Counted from the stretch's first letter, positions 1 to 9,707 are shown. The stretch is 64,000 bases of DNA from IMGVR_UViG_3300013093_000017:62001-126000; one strand, 5' to 3'. A program made the numbers and translations. The notes: generated from the letters alone by a model not told the origin.

Positions 1-113
1 TTTACAAAATCTGCATAACCGTGCTTCTCAGCATATCGTACTTTAACCGGACGAGTGATATCTGCCATCTCTTGATAGTTTGGTGTGTGATGCGTTACTA
101 ATGCTATTTTCAT
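1..113 (-). CDS. Partial CDS (N-terminus only), GT34-like glycosyltransferase paralog
   Basis: Reads MKIALVTHHTPNYQEMADITRPVKVRYAEKHGY off the window edge; similar to the N-terminus of 6378-7022. Confidence 0.65.
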   Translation of the reverse strand, partial: MKIALVTHHTPNYQEMADITRPVKVRYAEKHGYADFV

Positions 114-829
114 AGTGTTTCCTTGTTGTTAAATGGTGTATTTGGGACTGTCCATCCTATACCTTTTCCGGGACATCCCCAATCTGTTAGATTAGGCCAC
201 GCAGACCAAGCGTTAGCTGATGCTAGTCCAACCCATGCTTCTGCTTCGTGTCTATTAGTCCAACCTCGCATGTCTAATACAGTAGGACTGTTAGGTGAAG
301 TGGGCAATGGTAGTAATGGTAACCTGCGTATGTAACTGCTGGTGGCCCACCAAACGTTACCGCAAAAATGCGGCCACGGTTCTGTTAGCCATTGTTGCCC
401 GGCGGCATCAAAACCTTCTTCTAGTTTGCTATAGAGTAAAGACCAGCGAACAATATTCCAATACTCAATTGAATCTCTCCAGGTAAAGGCAATGTCTTGT
501 TCAGGATGATTAACATAGTTAGAACTTTTATTGTGCAATCTTAATACTGCCCACTCTTCTGTATCCCTATCACATATCTCTTTCAATCGATGATTAGAAA
601 AACTCTCACCTCGTGATTTAATACTGTCAGTAAAGAAGTGCCAAATTATTTTATCGGATGAATGTGCGTTCTTAAATTCTGTAAATAGTTCCGGAGTATA
701 ATGACACATCATATGTATTTCATCTGCGGACTCCCATAACCCAGCCGCGGTCATTTTAGCAATACAATTGTTGGTTAATTCTTGCCACCCGCCTTGTGCT
801 ACTATATGATAGGATATTCTTATTTTCAT
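110..829 (-). CDS. Hypothetical protein, probably glycosyltransferase-related
   Basis: 239 aa ORF overlapping its neighbours in the sugar operon; LHNKS and HFCGNVWW motifs. Confidence 0.55.
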   Translation of the reverse strand: MKIRISYHIVAQGGWQELTNNCIAKMTAAGLWESADEIHMMCHYTPELFTEFKNAHSSDKIIWHFFTDSIKSRGESFSNHRLKEICDRDTEEWAVLRLHNKSSNYVNHPEQDIAFTWRDSIEYWNIVRWSLLYSKLEEGFDAAGQQWLTEPWPHFCGNVWWATSSYIRRLPLLPLPTSPNSPTVLDMRGWTNRHEAEAWVGLASANAWSAWPNLTDWGCPGKGIGWTVPNTPFNNKETL

Positions 830-1626
830 AATTTATTGTATTCTTTGAATCCAGCAGCTAGTCCATCTAGTTCTATGTTTAATGAATAGAGTGTACTATG
901 GTCGCCGGTTAATGGAACACCTAGCGATTTAGTTTCTATCTTGGGAGATATATTGTTAATATCACAGAACATAGTTACCTGCTCGGACAGCATATATTTT
1001 TCTTTATAAACTAGATTAATATCTCTACTATCTGGTCTATTGTCTATGACAAATTTAACTACCTTGAGCACATCGTTTAGATTAAAGTAATCGAAACATT
1101 TATCTTCGTTGATTACGAAATTAGTAGATGTGTATAATTTTCTAAAGAATCTAAATTCTTTTTCAGTGTAGTGAAAATTGCCAAACAATCTTAATGTGTA
1201 GAAATTATCAGTATCAGCACATACCCTTGCCATAATATTCTTAGCATAGCCATAGCTGTTTCTTGGCAAGGTATTTCTAACATCAGCTAGTGTAGCATTT
1301 ACATTATCAACTGCTAGATCTAATTCATAAGCTGATCCAAATTGTATCAGTTGAGTGTATCTATGTCTATTGTAGTATATATTGCGCCACATTAATAGAC
1401 TGTCAATAAGATATTGAGGATCAGAGGAGAATAAGTTTTCTCTTCCTGTCAACGCTGTATGTATTACAATGTCTATACTATGCTGTTGGAAGAACGTATC
1501 AACTGATTGTTTATCCAAGCAATCTAATTCTTTTCGAGTAGGAGCATAGATAGTATGTTGATCTTTTAGATATGCTGTTAAATGCCCTGCAAGAAATCCA
1601 GAGCCGCCTGTTATCAATATGTTCAT
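826..1626 (-). CDS. NAD-dependent epimerase/dehydratase (extended SDR)
   Basis: ITGGSGFLA Rossmann motif, YGYAK (YxxxK). Confidence 0.85.
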   Translation of the reverse strand: MNILITGGSGFLAGHLTAYLKDQHTIYAPTRKELDCLDKQSVDTFFQQHSIDIVIHTALTGRENLFSSDPQYLIDSLLMWRNIYYNRHRYTQLIQFGSAYELDLAVDNVNATLADVRNTLPRNSYGYAKNIMARVCADTDNFYTLRLFGNFHYTEKEFRFFRKLYTSTNFVINEDKCFDYFNLNDVLKVVKFVIDNRPDSRDINLVYKEKYMLSEQVTMFCDINNISPKIETKSLGVPLTGDHSTLYSLNIELDGLAAGFKEYNKL

Positions 1627-2174
1627 AGTTGAGAGATCAGTGGTTGATTCTTATCCTTGTCGCTGATGATCGGTTCGGCGCCATTTAACGGCCAAGGAAT
1701 ATTTACTTCAGGATCGGCCCAATGTATTCCGGAATCTAGATCCGCTGAATGATACTGATCAACTTTATATCCTAGTATTACATTATCTGTTAGTGTAAGA
1801 TACCCGTGATAACAGCCTGGTGGTACTAGAATCAAATAGGGCATGTCACCTGATAGTGTTACCGATATGTGTTTCTTGTAAGTAGGCGAATCTTTCCGAG
1901 CATCGACAATTACATCAAATATATCACCTTGCAGTACAATTATCAATTTATATTGTGCTGCTTCTTCTTTAAGGGCATGCATGCCTCTTAATGTATATTT
2001 GTTCTTGCTAACAGACCACATGTCTTGGACAAAGTTTATATTCAATCCAAGTTCTTCATTCCAGGAATCTCGCCAGGTCTCATTTAACCAGCCACGGAAA
2101 TCCTTATGTCTAGTTAATGTAATTAATTTTACACCCGGAAGGCCTAGTTCTCTACTTTCCATATTCATTACCAA
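1623..2174 (-). CDS. rfbC: dTDP-4-dehydrorhamnose 3,5-epimerase (RmlC/RfbC family)
   Basis: DFRGWLNETW, LRGMH, DVIVDARKDSPT, PPGCYHGY, IISDKD motifs. Confidence 0.9.
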   Translation of the reverse strand: MVMNMESRELGLPGVKLITLTRHKDFRGWLNETWRDSWNEELGLNINFVQDMWSVSKNKYTLRGMHALKEEAAQYKLIIVLQGDIFDVIVDARKDSPTYKKHISVTLSGDMPYLILVPPGCYHGYLTLTDNVILGYKVDQYHSADLDSGIHWADPEVNIPWPLNGAEPIISDKDKNQPLISQL

Positions 2175-3115
2175 ATAAAGGTCTCAAGATAGTAATCAAC
2201 TATAGGAGCAAGTGCAATATCAAAGTTAGCCGTTGGCTGCCATCCGAGTGCTTTCAGTTTGCTATCATCGATGGCATAGCGTACATCCTGACCCGGACGA
2301 GTGACCCCAAGATCTAAATAATCTAAAGGATCACCTGGCAGGCCCATCTGCGCAATAATCTTTTTGGCCACTACAATATTTTGGTCTTCGTAGTTGCCCG
2401 AGATATTGTAAATCTCATTTACTACACCTGCTTCAATTATCTTAATAATTGCTGCGGCTGTGTCACTTGCGTGTAGCCATGTTCTAACAGGAGTGCCGCC
2501 TTGGTGTAGGGGAGCTTTCTGGCCGAGGTTTAAATGCTTAATAGTATGCGGAATAAACTTTTCAGTATATTGCCCAATCCCATAATTGTTTGTTGGACGT
2601 ACGATAACATACGGAATTTTGTATGTTCTGGCCCACGCAGTAATCAGCATATCAGCTGCGGCCTTGGTAGCTGAATAAGGATTACTAGGTTTAAGTAAAT
2701 CTTTTTCAGTGTGAGCACCTTCTACAATATCACCATAGACTTCGTCTGTGCTAAAGTGTAGTAGGATTGGCATACGTAGTCTACTTTTAGATTTAATCAA
2801 CTCTAAGATATTATGAACACCGTTTACATTACTCTTTAAGAAAATGCCACTTGATGCAATACTGTTATCAACGTGTGTTTCAGCCGCAGTATTGATGAAA
2901 TAATCACATTCGTATAACATATCCAGATAATTGATATCTTGTTGTTCAAATACGAAATTATCATATTCCTGTAATTCATCTAATAAATTCCAGTTGGCAG
3001 CATAAGTGCCGCTGTCAATCCCGCGAACGTGCCATCCTTGATCTAAACAGGCTTTGGTAACGTGATATCCAATAAACCCTAAACACCCTGTAACATATAC
3101 AATCTTCTTGCTCAT
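2168..3115 (-). CDS. rfbB: dTDP-glucose 4,6-dehydratase-like (RmlB/RfbB family)
   Basis: TGCLGFIG, AAETHVDNSI, STDEVYG, PYSATKAA, RPGQDVRYAID. Confidence 0.85.
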   Translation of the reverse strand: MSKKIVYVTGCLGFIGYHVTKACLDQGWHVRGIDSGTYAANWNLLDELQEYDNFVFEQQDINYLDMLYECDYFINTAAETHVDNSIASSGIFLKSNVNGVHNILELIKSKSRLRMPILLHFSTDEVYGDIVEGAHTEKDLLKPSNPYSATKAAADMLITAWARTYKIPYVIVRPTNNYGIGQYTEKFIPHTIKHLNLGQKAPLHQGGTPVRTWLHASDTAAAIIKIIEAGVVNEIYNISGNYEDQNIVVAKKIIAQMGLPGDPLDYLDLGVTRPGQDVRYAIDDSKLKALGWQPTANFDIALAPIVDYYLETFIW

Positions 3116-3906
3116 TTATAATCCTTTAATCCTTGCTCTAATCCATCTAATGGAATATTTAGAGATGCTAATCGATCACCGTTTCCGGTATAGTCCTTTC
3201 CACCTGATGCTAAATCTAATGTAACAAATATATTATGATATACTCTGAAATTATCTAATATAGTCATTAATTTATATTTTTCTTGATAGACACAGTTGAC
3301 ATCTTTAATTGATACTTGGTTATTTAAGTAATGCAATAGTACTCGATAGAAGTCTCTGGCACTAAAGAAATCAAATCCTTTATCTTGTACAGGAATGTAT
3401 TCGTGGGTCATGCACTTTCTTAACAAACTATCTTTGGGTTCGCTGGAATCAAAACAGCCAAACAATCTCAACGTGTAGAAATTATCTTTATCTAATATCA
3501 TTCTAGCAATTATATTCTTACTGTATCCGTAACTACTTGTAGGTCTAGCAGTAAGTATGTTCTCTTCATTGGCTGAGATGATATGCTTACTGTTATCAAA
3601 TTCTGCGCCCGATCCTATGTTAATAAACTTTCCAAATAAATTGCTATTGTTATAGAAATTTAGAAAGATAGAAATATTATTCTGTATATCAGCATACACA
3701 ATATTGTTAACATTTTTGCGCCCAGCAGTGGCACAGTTAATAACTGCATCAGGCCGAGTCTTATCCAGCCATTCTTCAACGGTAGTATAATCAGTTAGAT
3801 CTAATGTATCTCTAGTTATGGGTAATACATCATACCCGTCCGATTGCAGATGTGAGGTAATGTAACTGCCCAGGAATCCGCCTGCTCCTAATACAGCTAC
3901 TTTCAT
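3112..3906 (-). CDS. NAD-dependent epimerase/dehydratase (extended SDR)
   Basis: GAGGFLG, GSGAEF, YGYSK; paralog of 826-1626. Confidence 0.85.
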   Translation of the reverse strand: MKVAVLGAGGFLGSYITSHLQSDGYDVLPITRDTLDLTDYTTVEEWLDKTRPDAVINCATAGRKNVNNIVYADIQNNISIFLNFYNNSNLFGKFINIGSGAEFDNSKHIISANEENILTARPTSSYGYSKNIIARMILDKDNFYTLRLFGCFDSSEPKDSLLRKCMTHEYIPVQDKGFDFFSARDFYRVLLHYLNNQVSIKDVNCVYQEKYKLMTILDNFRVYHNIFVTLDLASGGKDYTGNGDRLASLNIPLDGLEQGLKDYK

Positions 3907-4445
3907 TTGCCGTAATCCGAAAATTCAACAACGATGGTACTACGACCATCTGTGCGATTATATGCTTTTTGATAAGCAGGTAGAATACTGTCCGGAGTAA
4001 AGCATTCAATGACGTCTATGGTCTTACACATAAAACGAAATGCGTCACTGAAATTGCCCTTGTGTTGATCCTGCGGATCTACTGGATTTTCTGATCCCAC
4101 AGCCACGCGAATGATTACCTTAGGTTGGCATCGACCATCACTTAGTATAGACATCTTGTCTAGATGATTTACAATTTGATCCGTGGCACAGATTAAGAAG
4201 TTCCAACGCGGTACTATGCTGACAGGAACAATCCCGTTGATTGCCAATCCTGTGCTAACACCTATTTGTAAATTTTCAACTACTGGAAATTCTAGTTTTT
4301 TCTCATCAGGTACTTCAACCAGACTTTCATAACAGCCTGTGCCAGCGTAGCGTACTGCTTGCCCAAGAAACAATGTATTTGGCTGTTCTGCTAGCCAGTT
4401 CATTGCGGCCACTAACTGTTGATTATATATTTGATTTTCATTCAT
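3903..4445 (-). CDS. TPP-dependent enzyme, pyrimidine-binding (E1-beta/transketolase-like) subunit
   Basis: LGQAV, EFPVVENLQIGVSTGLA, DQIVNH, PQDQH. Confidence 0.8.
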   Translation of the reverse strand: MNENQIYNQQLVAAMNWLAEQPNTLFLGQAVRYAGTGCYESLVEVPDEKKLEFPVVENLQIGVSTGLAINGIVPVSIVPRWNFLICATDQIVNHLDKMSILSDGRCQPKVIIRVAVGSENPVDPQDQHKGNFSDAFRFMCKTIDVIECFTPDSILPAYQKAYNRTDGRSTIVVEFSDYGK

Positions 4446-5065
4446 TAGAATTGAACCCTTACTCCGGCTCCAGCATGCGGATATTTGCCATTGTGATATT
4501 TGTAATATATTAGATGTGAGTCTTCATAGTACTCTCCTACTACATCAGGAAGATACCAACGTTTAGATCCCCACATCTCGTGTGTTGGAGTTAGCACGCT
4601 AAGTTCATTATCTTCTACAACAAATGTGATAGGAAGATCCTGCGCAATTGCGTAACGATACGCTTCACTCCATGCACCTGTTTCGGAACTCATATCTCCT
4701 GTCCAGCACCAAACGTGTTCTCCGGTGCCTTTCAGTTTGGCTGCTAGTGCTAGTCCAGTAGCAATACTAGGAATGCCACCGACTATGCTTGAACATATAA
4801 ATTTGTATTCTGGCAGGTTCATAACCATGCTCTTGCCCGCTAAAATACGCTCACGCAATAGATCTTTTGGAATGCCTTTCAGCAATGCCTGATAATGATT
4901 GCGCCAAGTACAGCATACCCAATCTTTCTTAATATCGATCTTTTCAAATACCTGTATGATCTGTTCTTCATTACCATCATATAAGTGAATAGGCGCACGG
5001 ATTTCTTTGTTATTAAATCTGTTGCCTATTTCAGTTTCAAAATCAATTAGGTCTTGTTTGTTCAT
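4445..5065 (-). CDS. TPP-dependent enzyme, E1-alpha-like subunit
   Basis: HLYDGNE, SSIVGG, GDMSSETG...VEDN TPP-binding motif. Confidence 0.8.
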   Translation of the reverse strand: MNKQDLIDFETEIGNRFNNKEIRAPIHLYDGNEEQIIQVFEKIDIKKDWVCCTWRNHYQALLKGIPKDLLRERILAGKSMVMNLPEYKFICSSIVGGIPSIATGLALAAKLKGTGEHVWCWTGDMSSETGAWSEAYRYAIAQDLPITFVVEDNELSVLTPTHEMWGSKRWYLPDVVGEYYEDSHLIYYKYHNGKYPHAGAGVRVQF

Positions 5066-6381
5066 GCAAATTTACTCATAAATTGATCAACGATCGTTCC
5101 GATGTACGCAATCTGTTCTAGTGTTACAACAGGACTGGTACCAAGGAAGAATGTGTTTAACATCACATGTGTTGCTACTGGAAATTGATCACGAGCAGTC
5201 TGCGGATCCATTAGATGATCGTAAGCAGGTTGTAACATGATATTGCCAGCAAAGTAAGGGCGTGTTTGGATCTTAGCATCTTCTAAGAAGTCTACAATAT
5301 CAGCACGCTTAAATGGCGCATCTGGACGAATAGTTAATGCAAAGGCAAACCAGCTTGGATCACTATGCTCACGAGCACGTGGTAACATAAAGAATTTTTC
5401 ATATTTTTCAAATACACTAAACAACGCTGAATAGTTTTCTCTACGGCGTGCTTCGATCACTGGCAATTTATCTAATTGCTTAAGGCCCATGCTACCCTGT
5501 AGCTCAATTGGTTTGATGTTGTAACCAATTTCATCATATACATATTTGTGATCAAAGATTTCATCTTTCAACGCAGGAATCCAATTGCTAAAGCGTGTCT
5601 TACAACTACCGCATTTCAATTTGTTTGCTTCTGGTCCTACACAGTAACAGCCACGACCCCATTCACGGAAACTGCGCAGGATGTCTTCTGTTACCTTACC
5701 GTTACAGGCAACAAAGCCGCCTTCTCCCATGGTGATGTGATGTGCTGGGTAGAAACTGCAACTGGCCATTTCACCAAAACTACCTAATGGTTTGCCATCG
5801 TAGGTAGTGCCTAGTCCATCACAACAATCCTCTAATAAGATTAAATTGTATTTTTCAACAAGTGCCATCAGTTGTCGCATGTTTGGCGGATTGCCTAAGA
5901 CATGTGCAAATGTAATCACACGTATATCTGGATCTGCTGCTAGAATTGCCTCTGCTTGATCTAAATCTAAATTTAATGTGTCAAACTCAATATCCACAAA
6001 CACAGGAACAAAGCCCACTTGTAACATTGGATTAAGTGTTGTTGGAAATCCTGCAATAGGTGTTAGTACTTTAGTACCTACTGGTAGATTATGTCCACGT
6101 TTACTTTTCAGTGCTGACATCATCAATAGGTTAGCACTTGAACCACTGTTGGTTAACACGCCATTTGTCTTGTCAAAGTACTTGGGAAATTTATTCTCAA
6201 AACGTGAGCAATCATTGCCCATGACTAACCACCCTTTGAGTAGGGTTTCTACTGCGGCCACACTTTCTTCTGCGTCAAACAATGGACCTGCGTAATTAAC
6301 AAAGTCCTCACCAGCACGCCATGTTTTGGCTGCTTGTTTATCTTCTACGTATTTTCTAACTTGATCTAAAATTTCTTTCAT
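5062..6381 (-). CDS. rfbH: CDP-4-keto-6-deoxyglucose 3-dehydrase (RfbH/DdhC; DegT family)
   Basis: NSGSSANL, SFYPAHHITMGEGG with His in place of the PLP lysine, WGRGCYC, DHKY. Confidence 0.9.
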   Translation of the reverse strand: MKEILDQVRKYVEDKQAAKTWRAGEDFVNYAGPLFDAEESVAAVETLLKGWLVMGNDCSRFENKFPKYFDKTNGVLTNSGSSANLLMMSALKSKRGHNLPVGTKVLTPIAGFPTTLNPMLQVGFVPVFVDIEFDTLNLDLDQAEAILAADPDIRVITFAHVLGNPPNMRQLMALVEKYNLILLEDCCDGLGTTYDGKPLGSFGEMASCSFYPAHHITMGEGGFVACNGKVTEDILRSFREWGRGCYCVGPEANKLKCGSCKTRFSNWIPALKDEIFDHKYVYDEIGYNIKPIELQGSMGLKQLDKLPVIEARRRENYSALFSVFEKYEKFFMLPRAREHSDPSWFAFALTIRPDAPFKRADIVDFLEDAKIQTRPYFAGNIMLQPAYDHLMDPQTARDQFPVATHVMLNTFFLGTSPVVTLEQIAYIGTIVDQFMSKFA

Positions 6382-7022
6382 TTGATTATTTGTCCCATGT
6401 AATGATTTGCTAAATTAATTCGATGCGGCAATGATAGTCCGGGCCAGTGGATTAATAAATCTCCCTGCTCCCATTGTCCACTTGCACCTGTTTGATCTAT
6501 CGGTTTGCACTCTGGATATAATGAATATTCATATGCATTGATTAGTTTTTGAGGTAATACTTTGATTATATCTTTGTACTCGTCTCGTGAATCGATGATG
6601 GCCTGCTGTTCTGCCCAAACGTGTGCTTTATATTGATCGTGTTTAGAAATAATCATATCTATAAAGCCGCGACCTTCGGGCGTGTTTCTGACCAATAGAC
6701 TATCTGCGTTAAGACCATTACAATCTGCTGCTATGATAAAATGGTAATCATTGTCAATTCTATCTTCCAACTTGATAGTTAAATTGGTAATCATTGTATC
6801 GCATCCAGTCCACCAAAACCAATCGATGTCCGGATAACTTTCCATCATGTCACGTAGGAAGAAGATCTTTTCAAATCCAACTCCAACATTATAAAATCCT
6901 TCTGTCTTACAAGCGTGGGCGTACCCATGTAAATCAGCATATACGACTTTATTCTGTTCCCACGTAATATCAGCCAATGGTTGATAGTTTCTATCATTAA
7001 GGCTTACTAACGCAAAATTCAT
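6378..7022 (-). CDS. Glycosyltransferase, GT34/galactosyltransferase-like
   Basis: NKVVYADLHGY, WFWWTGCD, EQQAI, GDLLIHWPG. Confidence 0.7.
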   Translation of the reverse strand: MNFALVSLNDRNYQPLADITWEQNKVVYADLHGYAHACKTEGFYNVGVGFEKIFFLRDMMESYPDIDWFWWTGCDTMITNLTIKLEDRIDNDYHFIIAADCNGLNADSLLVRNTPEGRGFIDMIISKHDQYKAHVWAEQQAIIDSRDEYKDIIKVLPQKLINAYEYSLYPECKPIDQTGASGQWEQGDLLIHWPGLSLPHRINLANHYMGQIIK

Positions 7023-7139
7023 CGTTTTCCTTTCTTTATTATATAGGTATTTAATGGTTTTGTACTTGACCAGAAAATATTCCTTGTGTTATAGTATACG
7101 TTAAATAGAAGCACCTTACAAGAGATTACGAAAGAAATT

Positions 7140-7994
7140 ATGAAAATATTTGATTGCTTTACATTTTATAACGAATTTGATTTACTAGAGCTGCGGTTAA
7201 ATGAGCTTTGGGATACGGTAGATTACTTTGTTATTTCAGAAGCTAGCTCAACTCACAGTGGAAGACCTAAGCCTTTCTTATTAGAAGAAAACTGGGCACG
7301 CTTTGAAAAGTATGCCAGCAAAATACGTCACTTGAAAAATACCGATGTTCCCCTAACAGGCGATTCTTGGGTAATTGAACGGTGGCAACGCAAATCTATC
7401 GAGCGGGGGCTTACTGACCTAACTCCGGAAGATATTGTTATTGTTTCGGACTGTGATGAGATCCCTAGTGCCGCTGCAATACAAGCAATTAAAGAAGATA
7501 CCAATGATTACGATAGATACATTCTTGGGATTCCTTTGTTCTATTTCAAACTGAACTATATGATGGTACAACCATCAACCCGTCAGCGCAATATTATGGT
7601 AACACGCGGAAGAGTGTTTACAGATCCACAGGCAGAAAGAGCATTAACATTCCATGGGTCAAAAGGTTTACCGCTAAACTATTGTAATTCAGAATTCTGT
7701 ATATTAGATCTAGCAGGATGGCACTTTACATATTTTGGTGATACCGAATTTACCAAAAATAAAATCTTCAGTTTTGCTCATACAGAAACCGCGGGCATTA
7801 TTGGTGATGTAGATGCTCTAAGTGTTGATTGGATGATTGACAACAAAGTGGGCATTGCTGGATTTAATGGGCAAGAACGGTTTGAGTACGTTGAAGTTGA
7901 CGATTACTTTCCGGAATATATTACTAATAATCTAGACAAATGGCAACACATGATTGTTGCTAAGAGTTCCAACACTGTTGAGAAATTATATTAG
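7140..7994 (+). CDS. Glycosyltransferase family 17 (GnT-III-like)
   Basis: DCFTFYNEFDLLELRL, SDCDEIP, AGWHFTY, FAHTE. Confidence 0.85.
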   Translation: MKIFDCFTFYNEFDLLELRLNELWDTVDYFVISEASSTHSGRPKPFLLEENWARFEKYASKIRHLKNTDVPLTGDSWVIERWQRKSIERGLTDLTPEDIVIVSDCDEIPSAAAIQAIKEDTNDYDRYILGIPLFYFKLNYMMVQPSTRQRNIMVTRGRVFTDPQAERALTFHGSKGLPLNYCNSEFCILDLAGWHFTYFGDTEFTKNKIFSFAHTETAGIIGDVDALSVDWMIDNKVGIAGFNGQERFEYVEVDDYFPEYITNNLDKWQHMIVAKSSNTVEKLY

Positions 7995-8060
7995 TCACTG
8001 TAATCTTAATTTAATATATGCGCACATAAATAAGAGTATCATATTGAAAGCGAGATTACA

Positions 8061-9122
8061 ATGGCCACCAAAATTTTATTCATTCTTAAACGCCGAGAAG
8101 ATTATAATGAAATAACACACAGCCCTAAAGGATTATCCACGGGGCTGTTCAACTCGGCAAGTTTCATGGAACAGATGCTAAACGAATCGGGCATCGAATC
8201 TGTATTAGAAGTAGCGATTGACAATAACTGTATTGATCGATTAGTCCAAAAACATAAACCTTCACATGTTATTATTGAAGCACTTTGGGTAGTACCACAA
8301 AAGTTTGCTGTCCTAACTAAACTACATCCCGGAGTAAAGTGGATCATTCGCTTGCATAGTGAAATGCCGTTTATGGCTGGCGAAGGAATGGCCATGGATT
8401 GGTTAGGTGATTACGTTACCTATCCGCAGATTACTATTGGCGTAAATGCTCCACGCATGTTAGACGAAGTACAGACATTCTTAAGACTTAGCCAGTCTTG
8501 GTCAAATACCACTACAAAAAATCGTGTGGTGTATATGCCAAATTATTACCCAAAAGATTATAAAACAAAGACATTCGATCATAATAAAGAATATATAGAC
8601 ATTGCCTGTTTTGGTGCAGTTCGCCCATTAAAGAATCATATGGTGCAAGCAGTGGCAGCAGTAAAGTTTGCCGATCAACTGAACAAAAAATTAAGATTCC
8701 ATATTAATGTGGGACGTATTGAAATGAAAGGTGATCCAGTATTAAACAATCTACGTGGATTTTTCCAACACCTGTATGATCGTGGACATCAAATGATCGG
8801 ACACGAGTGGCGTCAGCGTGATGGATTCTTAGATCTATGCAGCGAAATGGATATTGGCCTACAATGTAATTTCAGCGAAACATTTAATATAGTATCAGCT
8901 GACCTAATCAGTCAAGGTGTGCCAGTAGTGGGCAGTTACGAAATACCGTGGGCAACTAGATGGTTTAATGCTCGTCCAGCAGAAAGCGATGAGATAGCCA
9001 GTAAAATGATGTTAACATATCAATTTCCAGATATTAATGTTTGGTTAAATCAACGTAATTTAGATAAATACACTAATAAAACCCGTAGGATATGGGAACA
9101 ACTGTTTAATGGAGTAATATAA
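8061..9122 (+). CDS. Putative GT-B fold glycosyltransferase
   Basis: FGAVRPLKNH and SETFNIVSADLISQGVPVV resemble GT4-type motifs. Confidence 0.65.
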   Translation: MATKILFILKRREDYNEITHSPKGLSTGLFNSASFMEQMLNESGIESVLEVAIDNNCIDRLVQKHKPSHVIIEALWVVPQKFAVLTKLHPGVKWIIRLHSEMPFMAGEGMAMDWLGDYVTYPQITIGVNAPRMLDEVQTFLRLSQSWSNTTTKNRVVYMPNYYPKDYKTKTFDHNKEYIDIACFGAVRPLKNHMVQAVAAVKFADQLNKKLRFHINVGRIEMKGDPVLNNLRGFFQHLYDRGHQMIGHEWRQRDGFLDLCSEMDIGLQCNFSETFNIVSADLISQGVPVVGSYEIPWATRWFNARPAESDEIASKMMLTYQFPDINVWLNQRNLDKYTNKTRRIWEQLFNGVI

Positions 9123-9313
9123 TGAGCAAATTTAAAGTAAGAAAAGACACGTGGGTAGAAGGCATATTGCAAGTTGAAGAGGTATTATTTGATCTATTCG
9201 AAGATGCTGTAGCACACGTTAAGCACAGTCATCACCATGGTGCTAAAGTAATCGATGAAGAAGGTCGCGTGATCCATCGCGAAGGTCCAGCTACTGGCGA
9301 ATCGTACGCTTAA
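9122..9313 (+). CDS. Hypothetical protein
   Basis: 63 aa, SD GGAG, coupled to the upstream stop. Confidence 0.7.
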   Translation: MSKFKVRKDTWVEGILQVEEVLFDLFEDAVAHVKHSHHHGAKVIDEEGRVIHREGPATGESYA

Positions 9314-9334
9314 TAAAATAATTGAAAATAATGG

Positions 9335-9363
9335 TTGACAGGCGATTATTTTCAATATATAAT
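9335..9363 (+). promoter_or_regulatory. sigma70 promoter P1 of tRNA array leader
   Basis: TTGACA-17-TATAAT, followed by AGCTACATA. Confidence 0.85.
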
Positions 9364-9428
9364 AGCTACATATTTAGAGATTGATAAATAATCTTATAAA
9401 TAAAAGATAAATAAATTATCAAAAGAGG

Positions 9429-9457
9429 TTGACAACAACTAAATTTGATAATATAAT
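9429..9457 (+). promoter_or_regulatory. sigma70 promoter P2 of tRNA array leader
   Basis: TTGACA-17-TATAAT, followed by the same AGCTACATA as P1. Confidence 0.85.
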
Positions 9458-9494
9458 AGCTACATAGTAAGAAATTAATTAAAGGGAAAAGACA

Positions 9495-9644
9495 ATGTTT
9501 ACAACGCAACATCAATTTAGAGGATCGAAACAAGTGCAACTACTTGCCACGATGTCTTATTGGTCAGCGATTGAGACATTTGGCGGCAATGATCGCACAC
9601 CGAGTAATTGTATTAGGGTTCGAGAGGGATGGGATGGTTATTAA
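9495..9644 (+). CDS. Putative attenuator leader peptide (49 aa, all 20 amino acids)
   Basis: SD AAGGGA; MFTTQHQFRGSKQVQLLATMSYWSAIETFGGNDRTPSNCIRVREGWDGY*; its 3' end overlaps the antiterminator. Confidence 0.7.
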   Translation: MFTTQHQFRGSKQVQLLATMSYWSAIETFGGNDRTPSNCIRVREGWDGY

Positions 9645-9679
9645 GTAAATAACAAAATCCAAAACTTTAAGAACCCTAA
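9613..9679 (+). promoter_or_regulatory. Putative antiterminator hairpin
   Basis: TTAGGGTTC (9613-9621) pairs with GAACCCTAA (9671-9679); inner helices GGAT/ATCC and GTTATT/AATAAC. Confidence 0.7.
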
Positions 9680-9707
9680 GATCGAAAGACTTAGGGTTTT
9701 TTGTTTT
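9672..9707 (+). terminator. Rho-independent terminator (attenuator)
   Basis: AACCCTAAG-a-TC-GAAA-GA-CTTAGGGTT followed by a T-rich tract. Confidence 0.85.

Noticed and set aside
1-9122. Bacterial O-antigen locus (window being host chromosome)
   Set aside because: No wzx/wzy/ABC exporter, and it is continuous with phage-style genes, promoters and composition.
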